Below are positions 30,709-41,528 of a DNA stretch of 64,000 nucleotides, piece by piece. The translations under genes and the position numbers were made by a program. The notes below the pieces were generated by a model. The model did not search any database and was not told the DNA's origin. It was given only the letters and a program-made list of their open reading frames with translations. Source of the stretch: an uncultured delta proteobacterium (GTDB lineage: Bacteria > Myxococcota_A > Polyangia > Palsa-1104); the NCBI GenBank assembly GCA_963785725.1, contig CAWAWS010000002.1, positions 160,001-224,000 on the forward strand, given 5' to 3'. Numbering within the stretch: the first letter of the stretch is position 1; each line of letters starts with the position of its first letter.

Positions 30709-30740
30709 CCACGCACGCACAGTAAACGGACGAGGGGAAC

Positions 30741-31909
30741 ATGGCGGACGCGACGACGATCGAGAATGGTGCCGGCGGCGGCAAATCGCGCTTCGCGACG
30801 GTGGGTGGCGTCGTGGCGCTGGCGGCGTTGGTGTATGGCGGCTATCGCTTGTGGCAGGCGCGGCAGCCGTACGAATGGAGCGGCACCGTCGAGGCCCGCA
30901 CGATCACCGTCGGCTCGCGCGCCGGCGGCCGCATCGCCAAGATCCTCGTGCGCGAAGGCGATCGCGTCAAAGGTGGGCAGGCGCTGCTCGAGCTCGAGCC
31001 CGGCGACATCATGGCGCAGCAGCTGCAGGCGCAGGGTCTCCTCGATCAATCGCAGGCCAACCTCGACAAGCTCGTCAAAGGCGCGCGGCCCGAAGAGATC
31101 GAAGAGGCCTCGGCGCGCGCCAAGACGGCGACGGCGGCGCTGGCCGAGACCAAGACGGGCGCGCGGCGCGAGCAGATCCTCGGCGCACAGGCGCGTTTGA
31201 AGGCGCAGTCGGTGGCGCTCGAGAAGGCCGAGCTCGACGCCAACCGCTACCGCCAGCTGTTCGCGCGCGGCGCGGCGGCGCGGGCCGAGCTGGACAACGT
31301 CGAGTCGGCACTGCAGTCGGCGCTGGCGACGCGCGACGCGCTCAAGCAGTCGCTCGAGGAGCTGACCAACGGCTCGCGCGCCGAAGACGTCGACCAGGCG
31401 ATGGCGCGCGCGGCCGAAGCGCGGGCGTCCGAGCGGCTCATCAAGGCCGGCTCGCGCGTCGAGGACATCAAGGCGGCGCGCGGCGAAGTGGAAGCGGCGC
31501 AAGGCAAGCTCGACGCCATCAAGACGCTGGTCGACGAGCTGATCGTCAAGGCGCCGCGCGACGCGCGCGTCGAGTCGCTCGACCTGCGCCCGGGCGATCT
31601 CTGGCGCCGAGCGCGGCGGCGGCGACGCTCTTGGAAGACGACCAGCTCTACGTGCGCATCTACGTGCCGGAGACGCTCATCGGCCATCTGCATCCGGGCG
31701 AGAAGGTGCCGGTCACCGTCGACAGCTTCCCGGGCAAGTCGTTCCAAGGCATCGTCGAGCACATCAACGCCGTCGGCGAATATTCGCCGCGCAACTTGCA
31801 GACCGCCGACGAGCGCGCCGACCAAGTGTTCGCCACCCGCGTCGGCCTGCGCGACGGCAAAGACGAGCTGCGCGCCGGCATGGCGGCGTTCATTCAGGTG
31901 GCCAAATGA
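30741..31909 (+). CDS. HlyD/YbhG-like membrane fusion protein; frameshift near 31600
   Basis: N-terminal [19 protein letters not shown], long coiled coil; C-terminus YVRIYVPE...EYSPRNLQT in the next frame. Confidence 0.88.
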
Positions 31910-32900
31910 CCACCGCGGCGGTCCCGAGCTACGGTGACCATGCCATCGTCGTCGACCGGCTGACGCGCAAGTTCGGCGACTTCACGGCGCTCGACGAAGT
32001 GAACTTGAGCGTGCGCCGCGGCACCGTCTACGGATTGCTCGGCCCCAACGGCTCGGGCAAGTCGACGCTGATTCGCATCTTGTGCGGCCTTTTGGCGCCG
32101 ACGAGCGGCCACGCGACCGTGCTCGGGATGGACGTCGCCACCGAGGGCGAGGCCATCCGCCGCCAGATCGGCTACATGAGCCAGAAGTTCGCGCTCTACG
32201 ACGACCTGACCGTCATGGAGAACCTCGACTTCTACGCCCGCGTCTACGGTCTGTCGGGCGATAAGCTGCGCAAGCGCCGCGACGCCGCCATCGAGCTGAC
32301 GCACATCGGGCCTTACGTGCATCGCCGCGCCGGTCTGTTGTCGGGCGGCTGGAAGCAGCGGCTGGCGCTCGGGTCGGCGCTGATGCACGAGCCGCGCATG
32401 GTGTTTCTCGACGAGCCGACCGCCGGCATCGACCCGGTGGCGCGCCGCGAGCTGTGGGACCTCCTGTTTCAGCTCGCCGCCGAAGGCATCACGCTGCTGG
32501 TGACGACGCACTACATGGACGAAGCCGAGCGCTGCGGCGAGGTCGGCTATTTGTACCTGTCGAAGCTGCTCGTCAACGGCACGCCCGAGCAGCTCAAGGC
32601 GCTGCCCGTCGTCAATCCGCCCGACGCGCGCCGCGTGGAGATCGAGACCCAGCATCCGGCGCCGGCTCTATCGTGGCTGCGCAAGCAGCCGTTCTGCGGC
32701 AGCGCCACCATCTTCGGCCAGTCGGTGCACGCGGTGATCGCGCGCGCCCTCGACGACGCCAAGCTGCTCGATCTCCTGCACGCCGCCGGCTTCCCCAAGG
32801 CCACGACGCGCGCCATCGCCCCGTCGCTGGAAGACGTCTTCGTCACGCTCACCGAACAGGCCGCGAACGCGCGCGCGCGCAACCCGGCGGCGGCGCTTAA
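31906..32900 (+). CDS. ABC-2 exporter ATP-binding protein (YbhF-like)
   Basis: [31 protein letters not shown]. As given it reads to 33003, but TAA at 32898-32900 abutting the next ATG suggests a 1-nt indel just before the true stop. Confidence 0.9.
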
Positions 32901-34009
32901 ATGTGGGCCAGCTTTCGCGCGATCTTCGAGAAGGAGTTCGTCCATCTGCGCCGCGATCGCGGGACGTTCATCCTCGCCTTCACGATCCCGCTGTTTCAGC
33001 TGATCCTGTTCGGCTTCATCGATCAAACGGTGCACAACGTGCCGACGGTCGTCGTCGACCAAGATCGCTCGACCGATAGCCGCGAGCTGATGGATCGAGC
33101 TGCGCGCGACGAGCACCTTCCGCATCACGCGCGTCACCGAGAACCCGCACGACGCGCGCAGCGAAATCACCGCCGGTCGCGCCCGCGTCGGCGTCGTGAT
33201 TCCGCCCGACTACCACGACAAGCGCACCCGCGGCAGCGACGCCAAGGTGCTCGTGCTCATCGACGGCAGCGACTCGACCGTCAGCGCGCAGACGCTGGCC
33301 TCGGTCAATGGCCTGGTCGCGTCGATGAACCTCGACGACATCCGCAAAGGCGTGCGCCTCGCCGATCCCTTGGGCGCGCAGCCGATCATCCTCTTCAATC
33401 CCGACGGACGAACGGCGAACTACATCATCCCCGGCCTGGTCGGCGATCCTCTTGCAGATCGTCGCCATGGTGCTCGCCGCCGTCGCCATCGTGCGCGAGC
33501 GCGAGAAAGGCACGCTCGAGCAGCTGCTGGTCACGCCGATCAATCCGCTCGGGCTCATGCTCGGCAAGCTCGGACCCTACCTGCTCATCGGCCTCGGCGA
33601 GATGGCGATGATCTTGTTCGCGATGCGCTTCGGCTTCGGCGTCCCCATTCGCGGCAACCTGATCTTCTTGTTCGGCATGGCGCTCGTGTATCTGTTCTCG
33701 CTGCTCGCGCTCGGGCTCTTCGTGTCGACGCGAACCAAGACCCAAGGCGAAGCGCAGCAGATGGCGCAGATGTTTCTGCTGCCGTCGATTTTCCTCTCCG
33801 GCTACATTTTTCCAGCCGAGGGGCTGCCCTTCGTCTTGCGCAACATCGGCCGCGTGCTGCCGGCGACGCACATGGTGGCGATTATGCGTGGCGTAGTCTT
33901 GCGTGACGCGGGACCTGCCGAGCTCTTGCCCAACGTGCTTGCACTGCTGCTGATCTCGGCCGTTCTCGTCACGCTCTCGGTGCGCTCGTTCAAGAAGGTT
34001 TCCTTATGA
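32901..34009 (+). CDS. ABC-2 type permease (YbhS/R-like); frameshifts near 33096 and 33443
   Basis: [45 protein letters not shown] spread over three frames. Confidence 0.88.
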
Positions 34010-34095
34010 CCGCGTGCGCTACGCGAGATTGGGGCTAGCCAGCAGCACTACGCCGCATATCATGGTGGACGCCGTCGGACTGGAGGAGGGTCGCC

Positions 34096-34695
34096 ATGAG
34101 AGTCTGCCTCGTCGTCTCGGCCATGCTCGTGACGTTGTTTTCAGCCTCGAGCGCGCGGGCGCAGAGCCGAGTCTCCGTCGAGTTCGACGGAATGGTGTCG
34201 GCCTACAACATCGACACCGGCGGCGGCGGCAGCACCGGCGTAGCCCGCAGCGCGCTCAGCAGCGCCGCGGTCAACGCGACGTCGTCGACGCCGTCGATCG
34301 GCAACGGCATCGCCGCCGCCGAGATTCGCCCGTCGATCCTCACCGACGCCGGCTTCCTCTTCGCCGTCGGCTTCCGCGCCGGCGAGGCCGGCTTCGGCAA
34401 GTCCGCCACGACGCTCGTCGGCGGCGACTTGTCGCTCGGCTTCCAACACCGCTTCGGCCGCTTCATCCCCTTCGTCAAAGGCATGATCGGCGTCAACAGC
34501 TACGACGACTACCTGAACAACTTCACCCACCACGACGACTTGCGCGTCGACGCCGTCATCGGCTCGCGCATCTACCTCACCGAGCGCATGTTCATTTCGG
34601 CGGCGGGCTTCGCCGGCTACGGCGACCGCTACGGCGCCACCTTCGGCGTCGGCGGCGACGTCATCCAATACTTTCACCGCGGGGTGATGCCGTGA
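34096..34695 (+). CDS. Secreted protein, probable small outer-membrane beta-barrel
   Basis: Strong RBS GGAGGAGG, signal peptide ARA|Q, alternating amphipathic strands. Confidence 0.65.
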   Translation: MRVCLVVSAMLVTLFSASSARAQSRVSVEFDGMVSAYNIDTGGGGSTGVARSALSSAAVNATSSTPSIGNGIAAAEIRPSILTDAGFLFAVGFRAGEAGFGKSATTLVGGDLSLGFQHRFGRFIPFVKGMIGVNSYDDYLNNFTHHDDLRVDAVIGSRIYLTERMFISAAGFAGYGDRYGATFGVGGDVIQYFHRGVMP

Positions 34696-35135
34696 GGTCG
34701 CTCGTGTTGGCGCTGTCGACGCTCGTCGCCGCCGGCTGCTCGACGGTCGACATCTACACCTACCAGCCGCGCCCGCTGCCGACCGGCGCCGAGCCGCTGG
34801 CGGTCGTCGCCTGGACGCTGCACGACCTGCGCAACGTCACCTGGAGCTACGGCGAGCCCGATCCCGACTCGACGCGGCGCGCGCAGGTGGAGGCCACGCG
34901 TCACGGCGTCGCCGGGCGGGCCGACCGCGTCGCCACCGGCTCGCCGCTCGACCTGACGTACCGCGAAATTGCCGAGGGCGTGCGTCACGTGACGCAGCTG
35001 CACGGCACCTGGACGATCTTCTTGTACGATCGGCAGAATCGGCTCATCCAGCTGGAATTCAACAGCTATGCGGCCGCCCGACTGTTCCTCGACGCCTCCG
35101 CCGCCATCGCCTCTGGCAGCGCCTCACAAACCTGA
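34692..35135 (+). CDS. Hypothetical lipoprotein
   Basis: GTGA overlap; MRSLVLALSTLVAAG|C lipobox. Confidence 0.65.
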   Translation: MRSLVLALSTLVAAGCSTVDIYTYQPRPLPTGAEPLAVVAWTLHDLRNVTWSYGEPDPDSTRRAQVEATRHGVAGRADRVATGSPLDLTYREIAEGVRHVTQLHGTWTIFLYDRQNRLIQLEFNSYAAARLFLDASAAIASGSASQT

Positions 35136-35155
35136 AGAAACCGGAAATAAATTCC

Positions 35156-35180
35156 GAAACCAAGGTCGCGCTCGCGTCAC
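35156..35180 (+). promoter_or_regulatory. Putative ECF sigma-dependent promoter, copy 1
   Basis: GAAACCA-N8-CTCGCGTCAC just upstream of the ECF sigma gene; repeated at 37395-37419. Confidence 0.7.
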
Positions 35181-35197
35181 ATTTGGACGTGAGGTTG

Positions 35198-35755
35198 ATG
35201 GCCGTCGAGAGCCACGAAGCGGACGTCGTGACGCTGCCGGCAGCGCCGCCCGAGCTCGATTTTCGCGTGGTCTATGACCAGCACGCGCGCTCGGTACGTC
35301 GTTTCTTGGGCGATTTATTGCGCGATGACAACAGCGCCGACGAGGCGACGCAAGAGACGTTCGTGCGAGCGCACGCCCGGCTCGCGACGTTGCGCGAAGG
35401 CGACAAGGTGCTGCCGTGGCTGTTCGGCATCGCGCGTAACGTCTTTTACGAAGAGCTGCGCGCGAAGAAGCGGCACTTGAAGCCGGTGGACGAATCGACG
35501 CCGGAAGAGGTCGACCGCGCGCCGTCGCCCGAAGGCGTGCTGCTCGGCGCCGAGGCCGACGCGCAGCTGCAGGCGGCGTTGGCCGAGCTCACCGACGAGC
35601 GGCGCGCCGCGTTGGTCTTGCGCATCGACCACGGTCTCGACTACGACGAGATAGCCGAGATCATGGTCTGGCCGCTGTCGAAGGTGAAAAACGAGATCCA
35701 TCGCGCCCGGCTGGTGTTGCGGACGCGGCTGGCGAAGTACGTGGGAGGCATGTGA
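35198..35755 (+). CDS. ECF RNA polymerase sigma-70 factor
   Basis: Region 2 ADEATQETFVRA..WLFGIARN; region 4 GLDYDEIAEI..VKNEIHRAR. Confidence 0.93.
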   Translation: MAVESHEADVVTLPAAPPELDFRVVYDQHARSVRRFLGDLLRDDNSADEATQETFVRAHARLATLREGDKVLPWLFGIARNVFYEELRAKKRHLKPVDESTPEEVDRAPSPEGVLLGAEADAQLQAALAELTDERRAALVLRIDHGLDYDEIAEIMVWPLSKVKNEIHRARLVLRTRLAKYVGGM

Positions 35756-36441
35756 TGTGCTCGATTGAGGAGCTGGAAGCGCTGGTGGCAGGCCATCTCG
35801 ACGAGATGACGGCAGCGCGCGTGCAAGCGCACGCCGAAGTCTGCGACGAGTGCAAAGAGGAGCTGGCCTGGCTGCGCGCCGAGGCCGAGCTGATGACGCG
35901 GCGGCGCGAGTCAGCCAAGGCGCCGGCGCCGGCCTTGTGGGACGGCATCGCCGCGCGCGTCGCCAATCCGCCGGTGGCCGCGGCCGAGCCGCACTCGCGC
36001 TGGGGATTGGGCGCGCGCCTGGCGTACGGCGGGCTCATCGTCGCCGCCGCCGCCGCGGTCGTGCTGGTGACGATGCCGGGGCTCAAGCTCTTCAATCTCG
36101 AGCTGCCGAACCCGCTGACGGCGCTCATGCACTCGCGTGAGCCGGCGCCGTTGCCGCAGCCGCTGCCGCGCGAGAAGGTCGCGCCCAACGTGACGTTCGA
36201 TCGCGCCGAAGCCGAGTATCGCGACGCGGCGGCGGTGCTGGAGCAAGAGTACAAGCAGGAGCGCTCGCGGCTGCCGGCGCCGATCGCCGAGCAGTACGAT
36301 CGCATGCTGCACAAGACCCGCATGCAGATGGCCGATGCCCGCCTGTCGGCCGGCAATGACGTCGACGGACGAATGGTCGTTCTCGACGGCTACGCCGATT
36401 ATCTGCACTCGCTGCAAACCATCGTGACGGACATTAGGTGA
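35752..36441 (+). CDS. Zinc-finger (HxxxCxxC) transmembrane anti-sigma factor
   Basis: HAEVCDEC ZAS motif, one TM helix, coupled to the ECF sigma gene. Confidence 0.87.
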   Translation: MMCSIEELEALVAGHLDEMTAARVQAHAEVCDECKEELAWLRAEAELMTRRRESAKAPAPALWDGIAARVANPPVAAAEPHSRWGLGARLAYGGLIVAAAAAVVLVTMPGLKLFNLELPNPLTALMHSREPAPLPQPLPREKVAPNVTFDRAEAEYRDAAAVLEQEYKQERSRLPAPIAEQYDRMLHKTRMQMADARLSAGNDVDGRMVVLDGYADYLHSLQTIVTDIR

Positions 36442-36445
36442 AATC

Positions 36446-37396
36446 ATGAAGCGCACTTTGCTAGCCTTGTTACTCGCCGAAGGGCTCGCCGGCAGCGCCT
36501 TTGCCGTCGAAGGCAACGATACGCCGGCGCCCGAAGAGGCCCGCCCGGCGATGCCGCCGCGTCCGGCGGCGCCGCCGATGCCACCCTTGCCGCCGCTGCC
36601 GCCGATGGAGCACCACTCGGGCTCGTCGACGGTCGCGACCGTCAACGTCAAAGGCGCCATCACGCTGCGCGCGGACACGATCTCGTCCGACATCGAGGTC
36701 GTGCACGGCAATGACAAGCAGGTCAAGGCCGAGCTCATCGACGCGACCGGCAGCGGCATTCAGCTGGTGCAGAGCGGCGACCGCGTCGAGGTCGTGTTCG
36801 CGTCGACGCACTCGAGCTGGCCGCACATCCCCGCCGGCATCGACGGCAAGCTGCGCGTGGAAGTGCCGTGGGGCAGCTGCGTCGAGCTGACGTCGGCGTC
36901 GGGCGACCTGCAGGTGCGCGACATCGGCGGCAACGTGCGGCTGCGCACGGCGTCGGGCGACGCCAAAGTGCGCCGCGCCGCCAACGTCGAAGCGCAGCTC
37001 GTCTCGGGCGACATCACGATCGAGAACGTGACCGGCGAGGTGCGGCTGCGCACCGTCTCCGGCAACGCGGTCGTCACGCAGAACGGCGCCAGCAACAAGC
37101 TCGAGTTCGGCACCACCTCCGGCGACCTCGAATGGACGGGCGCGTGCAACGGCAACTGCCGCATCGAAGCGCGCACCACGTCGGGCGACGTCAAGCTGCA
37201 GATGCCACAGTCTTCGAGCTTCGACCTGCGCTATCTCACGCACTCGGGCGACCTGTCCGACGAGCTGAAGATGACGACGCTGGAGAATTCGCCGTCGCGC
37301 TCCGGCGCCGGCTCGGTGCACGCGCGCTACGGCAAGAGCGAAGGCATCATCGAAGTGCAGACGTTCTCCGGCGATCTTCATATCGCCCGCCGCTGA
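36446..37396 (+). CDS. DUF4097 / putative adhesin beta-strand repeat protein
   Basis: Signal peptide, Pro-rich linker, repeated T(x)SGD(L/I/V) units. Confidence 0.87.
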   Translation: MKRTLLALLLAEGLAGSAFAVEGNDTPAPEEARPAMPPRPAAPPMPPLPPLPPMEHHSGSSTVATVNVKGAITLRADTISSDIEVVHGNDKQVKAELIDATGSGIQLVQSGDRVEVVFASTHSSWPHIPAGIDGKLRVEVPWGSCVELTSASGDLQVRDIGGNVRLRTASGDAKVRRAANVEAQLVSGDITIENVTGEVRLRTVSGNAVVTQNGASNKLEFGTTSGDLEWTGACNGNCRIEARTTSGDVKLQMPQSSSFDLRYLTHSGDLSDELKMTTLENSPSRSGAGSVHARYGKSEGIIEVQTFSGDLHIARR

Positions 37397-37419
37397 AACC
37401 AGCGCGCCCCTCGCGTCAC
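37395..37419 (+). promoter_or_regulatory. Putative ECF sigma-dependent promoter, copy 2
   Basis: GAAACCA-N8-CTCGCGTCAC, same boxes and spacing as 35156-35180. Confidence 0.65.
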
Positions 37420-37511
37420 TACCGGTTGTAAGTCAATCGTCGGGAACAGAGCGCAGGCAGTCGGTGTTTCACGATTGCAAGCGGTCGAAGCTCGACCGAA
37501 GGAGTGATGTC

Positions 37512-37947
37512 ATGCGCAAGTCTTCTTTGATCTGGGTTCCGGTCGCGTTGCTGGCTCTCTCGGCCATGGTGGAGGGTTCGATGCAGGCCCGCGCCGCGCG
37601 GCGGGCCAGGGCGGTCGTGGCGACGGCCACGTGCTCGGCGCGCCAGCTCGAGGTCGACATCGCCGGCGACGGGCGCAAAGAAGAGGTCATCTTGACCCGC
37701 ATCGGCGACGAGAGCTGGGCCGACGTCTATTTCCAGGGCGATTCTGCAGTCGTCGACGCGCGTCGGCAAGTGGCACGATGACGCCGCCATCGAAGCGCTC
37801 GACGTCAACGGCGACGGCCGTACCGACCTCGTCCGCCGCTGGTCCGAAGGCGCGCAGCAGCACGCGCAGGTCTGGCTGTCCGACGGCGGCGCCTTCGAAG
37901 CCGGCTGGACCGGCGTCAGCACCGCCACCTGCGTCGCGCAGCGCTGA
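37512..37947 (+). CDS. Small secreted FG-GAP/VCBS-repeat protein; frameshift near 37742
   Basis: RBS AGGAG, signal peptide, DIAGDGRKE and (after removing one T) DVNGDGRTDL; ends ...TCVAQR*. Confidence 0.7.
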
Positions 37948-38278
37948 TACTGAAGCATTCACTTCAGCATCCCATCTCGTCACCGAAACGACCGCTTCCA
38001 CTTCGTCCCCGCAATAACCGCTTATATCGATTTCGAAGACGCACGAACGATATCGGTTTTCGCGATATTCGACGACGGCGGCGCCGATCCGAAAACCAAT
38101 CGAGCGGCACGACGCCCGCGCCACGACACGCGAGATTTCGGCTGATTCGCCGGTCAGGATTCGCTCGTTCCACTTCGTTTCCCAACCGCGCTGTAATTTT
38201 GCAAGCCCGCGGTTACCATTCGTTAAAATATGCGGCCGGCTATCTTGAAATAAGCGCTCGTGGGGCTACAACGGGAGC

Positions 38279-38755
38279 ATGAACGCGCTGGTCCTGATTG
38301 CCGATGATTCGCCGGAGATCCTCGACTCACACGGTGAAATATTGCGTCAGGCGGGTTACCGCGTGTGCACGGCTTGCAACGGCGAGGAGGCGATCGGCGC
38401 GGCGATTCGCCGGCGCCCCGACGTCATCATCATGGACCTCGACATGCCGATTCTCGATGGCTGGGAGGCGACGCGGCGGATTCGCGCCGACCTGCGCACG
38501 CATCGCATCCCCGTCATCGCCTACACCAGCTATGGATTGCGTCGTTACGTCGATCGCTCGTTCGAGGCCGGCTGCTCGGCGTTCATCGACAAGCCGTGCG
38601 AAGGGCGCGTGCTCGTGGCGGAGATCGAGCGCGCCTTGGCGACCTCGGCGGCGCGCACGCACAGCGGAGTCGTCGCGGATGCGGTGAACGACATCGCATC
38701 GGGGCCGGCGCTGCAGCCGCCACCGCCGCCGCCGGCGGACCGCCGTCATCACTGA
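38279..38755 (+). CDS. Single-domain response regulator (DivK-like) with Pro-rich tail
   Basis: IADD, IIMDLDMPILDG, IAYTS, FIDKP. Confidence 0.9.
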   Translation: MNALVLIADDSPEILDSHGEILRQAGYRVCTACNGEEAIGAAIRRRPDVIIMDLDMPILDGWEATRRIRADLRTHRIPVIAYTSYGLRRYVDRSFEAGCSAFIDKPCEGRVLVAEIERALATSAARTHSGVVADAVNDIASGPALQPPPPPPADRRHH

Positions 38756-38888
38756 CCGCCGAGCGTCACGCGCAGCGGGAAGCCGTAGTCTCACGTCGCT
38801 TTCGCATGCCGGGCGTTACGCACATTCGACGGGCGTGACGCCCTCGTTGCGCTTGCGTCGGCGCGCGTCGGGCTCGTAAGCTGCCGCC

Positions 38889-40766
38889 GTGAAAACACTC
38901 GCGCTGCCGCTGTTGGCCCTCCTCGCGCTTCCCGCCGCCGCCGCCGAGCGTCGGATGACGCTCACCGTCGACGCCACCGACGCGCCGCGCCGCTTGCTGC
39001 ATGCGCGCGCGACGATTCCGGCGCCGCCCGGTCCGTTGACGCTGCGCTACCCCAAGTGGATTCCCGGCGAGCACGGGCCGACGGGGCCGGTCGTCGACGT
39101 CGCCGGGCTCGTCATTCGCGCCGGCGGCAAGCCGCTCGAGTGGCGCCGCGACGAGGTCGACCTCTACGCCGTGCATGTCACGGTGCCGGCCGGCGCCAAC
39201 TCCGTCGACGTCAGCTTCGACTACTTGGCGCCGGCCGAGCGCGAGTCCTATTCGAGCGGCGGCTCGACGACCGCCGAGCTCGTCGCGCTCGAGTGGAACT
39301 TGGTGCTGATCTATCCCGACGGCGTCAATCAGCGCGATCTCGTCATCGCGCCCAAGCTGACCCTGCCGCACGGCTGGAAGCTGGGCACGGCGCTCGAGAC
39401 CGCGCGTCAGTCGGGCGACACGACCGAGTTCAAGCCGGTGTCGCTGGAGACGCTCGTCGATTCGCCGGTCATCGCGGGCGCGTTCTTCCGCTCGTGGCCG
39501 CTCGGCACCGTCGACGGCGTCGTCCACACGCTCGACGCCGTCGCCGACTCCGAAGGCGCGCTGGCGATCGAGCCCGAGCAGCTCGACGAATTCAAGCGGC
39601 TCGTCGTCGAAGCCGGCCTCCTGTTCGGGACGCGGCATTATCAGCGCTATCACTTCTTGCTGACGCTGAGCGACAAGGTGGCGCACTTCGGCCTCGAGCA
39701 TCATCAGTCGAGCGACAACCGCACGCGCGAGCGCTTCCTCATCGAAGAGGGGCCGCGCAAGCTGTCGTCGGGCCTGTTGCCGCACGAGTTCGTGCACTCC
39801 TGGAACGGCAAGTTTCGCCGCCCGGCCGGCCTCGCGGTCGACGGCTTCGACAAGCCCATGCACGGCGACCTTTTGTGGGTCTACGAGGGCCTCACGAGCT
39901 ATCTCGGCTGGGTCTTGGCGGCGCGCAGCGGCTTGGAAGCGCCCGAGTGGGCCAAGGAAGAGTTGGCGCTGACGGCGGCGCAGATGGAGACGCGCAGCGG
40001 CCGGCAGTGGCGTCCGCTCGAGGACACGGCGCTGGCGGCGTCGATCTTGCGCAGCTCACCCGAGTGGGGCTCGTGGCGCCGCTCGCTCGACTACTATCCC
40101 GAAGGCGTCCTTCTGTGGCTCGACGCCGACGTCACCATTCGCGCGCTCACCGGCGGCAAGAAGTCGCTCGACGACTTCTGCCGCCTCTTCCACGGCGGCG
40201 CCAACAAAGGCGCGGAAGTGAAGCCCTACACGCTCGACGACGTCGTCAGCGCGCTCAACACCGTCGCGCCGCACGATTGGCGCGGCTTCATTCACGCGCG
40301 CGTGCAAGCGGTCGCGCCGCACGCGCCGCTCGGCGGCATCACCGGCGGCGGCTGGAAGGTCGTCTACACCGACAAGGCCAACGAGCGCGCCAAGACGGCG
40401 AGCAAGGTCGACAAGACGGAGTCGTTCGTCTTCTCGCTCGGCTTCACGCTCAAAGAGGACGGCTACGTCTCGGACGTGCTGCCCAATTCGCCGGCGTTCA
40501 AGGCCGGGCTGGGACCGGCGATGCGCATCATCGGCGTCGACGGGCGCAAGCTGACGCACGACTCGCTGCCGGACGCGCTCAAGGCGCACCTCAAGGACGG
40601 CAAGCCGCTGGAGCTACTGCTCTTCAACTCGGACTATTACAAGACGATCAAAATCGATTATCGGGCGGGCGAGCAGAATCCGCATTTGGCGCGCGAGAAC
40701 GGCAAGCCGGACGTGCTGCAGCAGATCACGAAGCCGCTTCAGAATTCCAGCTCACCGACGAAATAG
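38889..40766 (+). CDS. M61 glycyl aminopeptidase with PDZ domain
   Basis: Signal peptide, PKWIPGEH, GLEH, HEFVHSWN, LWVYEGLTSY, C-terminal PDZ. Confidence 0.93.
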   Translation: MKTLALPLLALLALPAAAAERRMTLTVDATDAPRRLLHARATIPAPPGPLTLRYPKWIPGEHGPTGPVVDVAGLVIRAGGKPLEWRRDEVDLYAVHVTVPAGANSVDVSFDYLAPAERESYSSGGSTTAELVALEWNLVLIYPDGVNQRDLVIAPKLTLPHGWKLGTALETARQSGDTTEFKPVSLETLVDSPVIAGAFFRSWPLGTVDGVVHTLDAVADSEGALAIEPEQLDEFKRLVVEAGLLFGTRHYQRYHFLLTLSDKVAHFGLEHHQSSDNRTRERFLIEEGPRKLSSGLLPHEFVHSWNGKFRRPAGLAVDGFDKPMHGDLLWVYEGLTSYLGWVLAARSGLEAPEWAKEELALTAAQMETRSGRQWRPLEDTALAASILRSSPEWGSWRRSLDYYPEGVLLWLDADVTIRALTGGKKSLDDFCRLFHGGANKGAEVKPYTLDDVVSALNTVAPHDWRGFIHARVQAVAPHAPLGGITGGGWKVVYTDKANERAKTASKVDKTESFVFSLGFTLKEDGYVSDVLPNSPAFKAGLGPAMRIIGVDGRKLTHDSLPDALKAHLKDGKPLELLLFNSDYYKTIKIDYRAGEQNPHLARENGKPDVLQQITKPLQNSSSPTK

Positions 40767-41528
40767 GGCGCGACGTAGCCGCTCAAGAAGACGTCCTTCT
40801 GGCCGAGGCGACACCACAGCTCGCCGCCCCGCTTCGATATCTGTTTCGCAAACAACGTATCGCGTTTGAGCTTATCGGCCCAATACGGGACGAGCAGGCA
40901 ATGGGCGCTGCCGGTGACCGAGTCCTCGTCGTGGCCGTGCGCAGGCGCGAAGTAGCGCGAGACGAAGTCGCAGTCGTAGCCGCCGCCGGCCGCGGTGACG
41001 ATGACCGACAGCTCGTGCGCGCCCAGCGAGGCGAAGTCGGGCGTGAGGTCGGCGACGGATTTCGCGTCGTCATACACGCAGAGCCAGGTCGTGCCGTTCG
41101 TCAGCACCAGATCGGGCGCATGGCCGAGCGCCGTCGCCAATGCGGGCGGCAGCGCCGTCGGCGGCTTCGGGATCGCGGCGCGGCAGCGCCAGCGTCAGCC
41201 GATCGCCGTCGCGCTCGACGCGCAGCTCGCCGCCGCGCCAGGAAAAGCGGACGACCTGCCGCTTGGGCAGAAGATGCGTCAGCGCCACCCAGCCGGCGGC
41301 GAGCGTGCCGTGGCCGCACAGCTCGATCTCGCGCGCCGGCGAAAACCAGCGAATCTCGTACTCGCCCTTGTGCGGCACGATGAACGCCGTCGCCGGCAGG
41401 TTGTTCTCGGCGGCGATCTGCTGCAGCGTCACGTCGTAAATCCAGGACTCGAGCGCGCACACCGCCGCCGGATTGCCGGCAAACGGGCGGCGCGCGAAGG
41501 AGTCCACCTGATAGAGCGGGATCTTCAT
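40739..41528 (-). CDS. PhzF family isomerase; frameshift near 41170
   Basis: QVDSF..GNPAAV, ELCGHGTLA, EDSVTGSAH, SKRGGEL. Confidence 0.9.

Noticed and set aside
36860..37380. Recurring TCGGGCGAC/TCCGGCGA words suggesting a DNA repeat array or CRISPR
   Set aside because: They encode the SGD protein repeats of DUF4097; there is no constant repeat-spacer structure.
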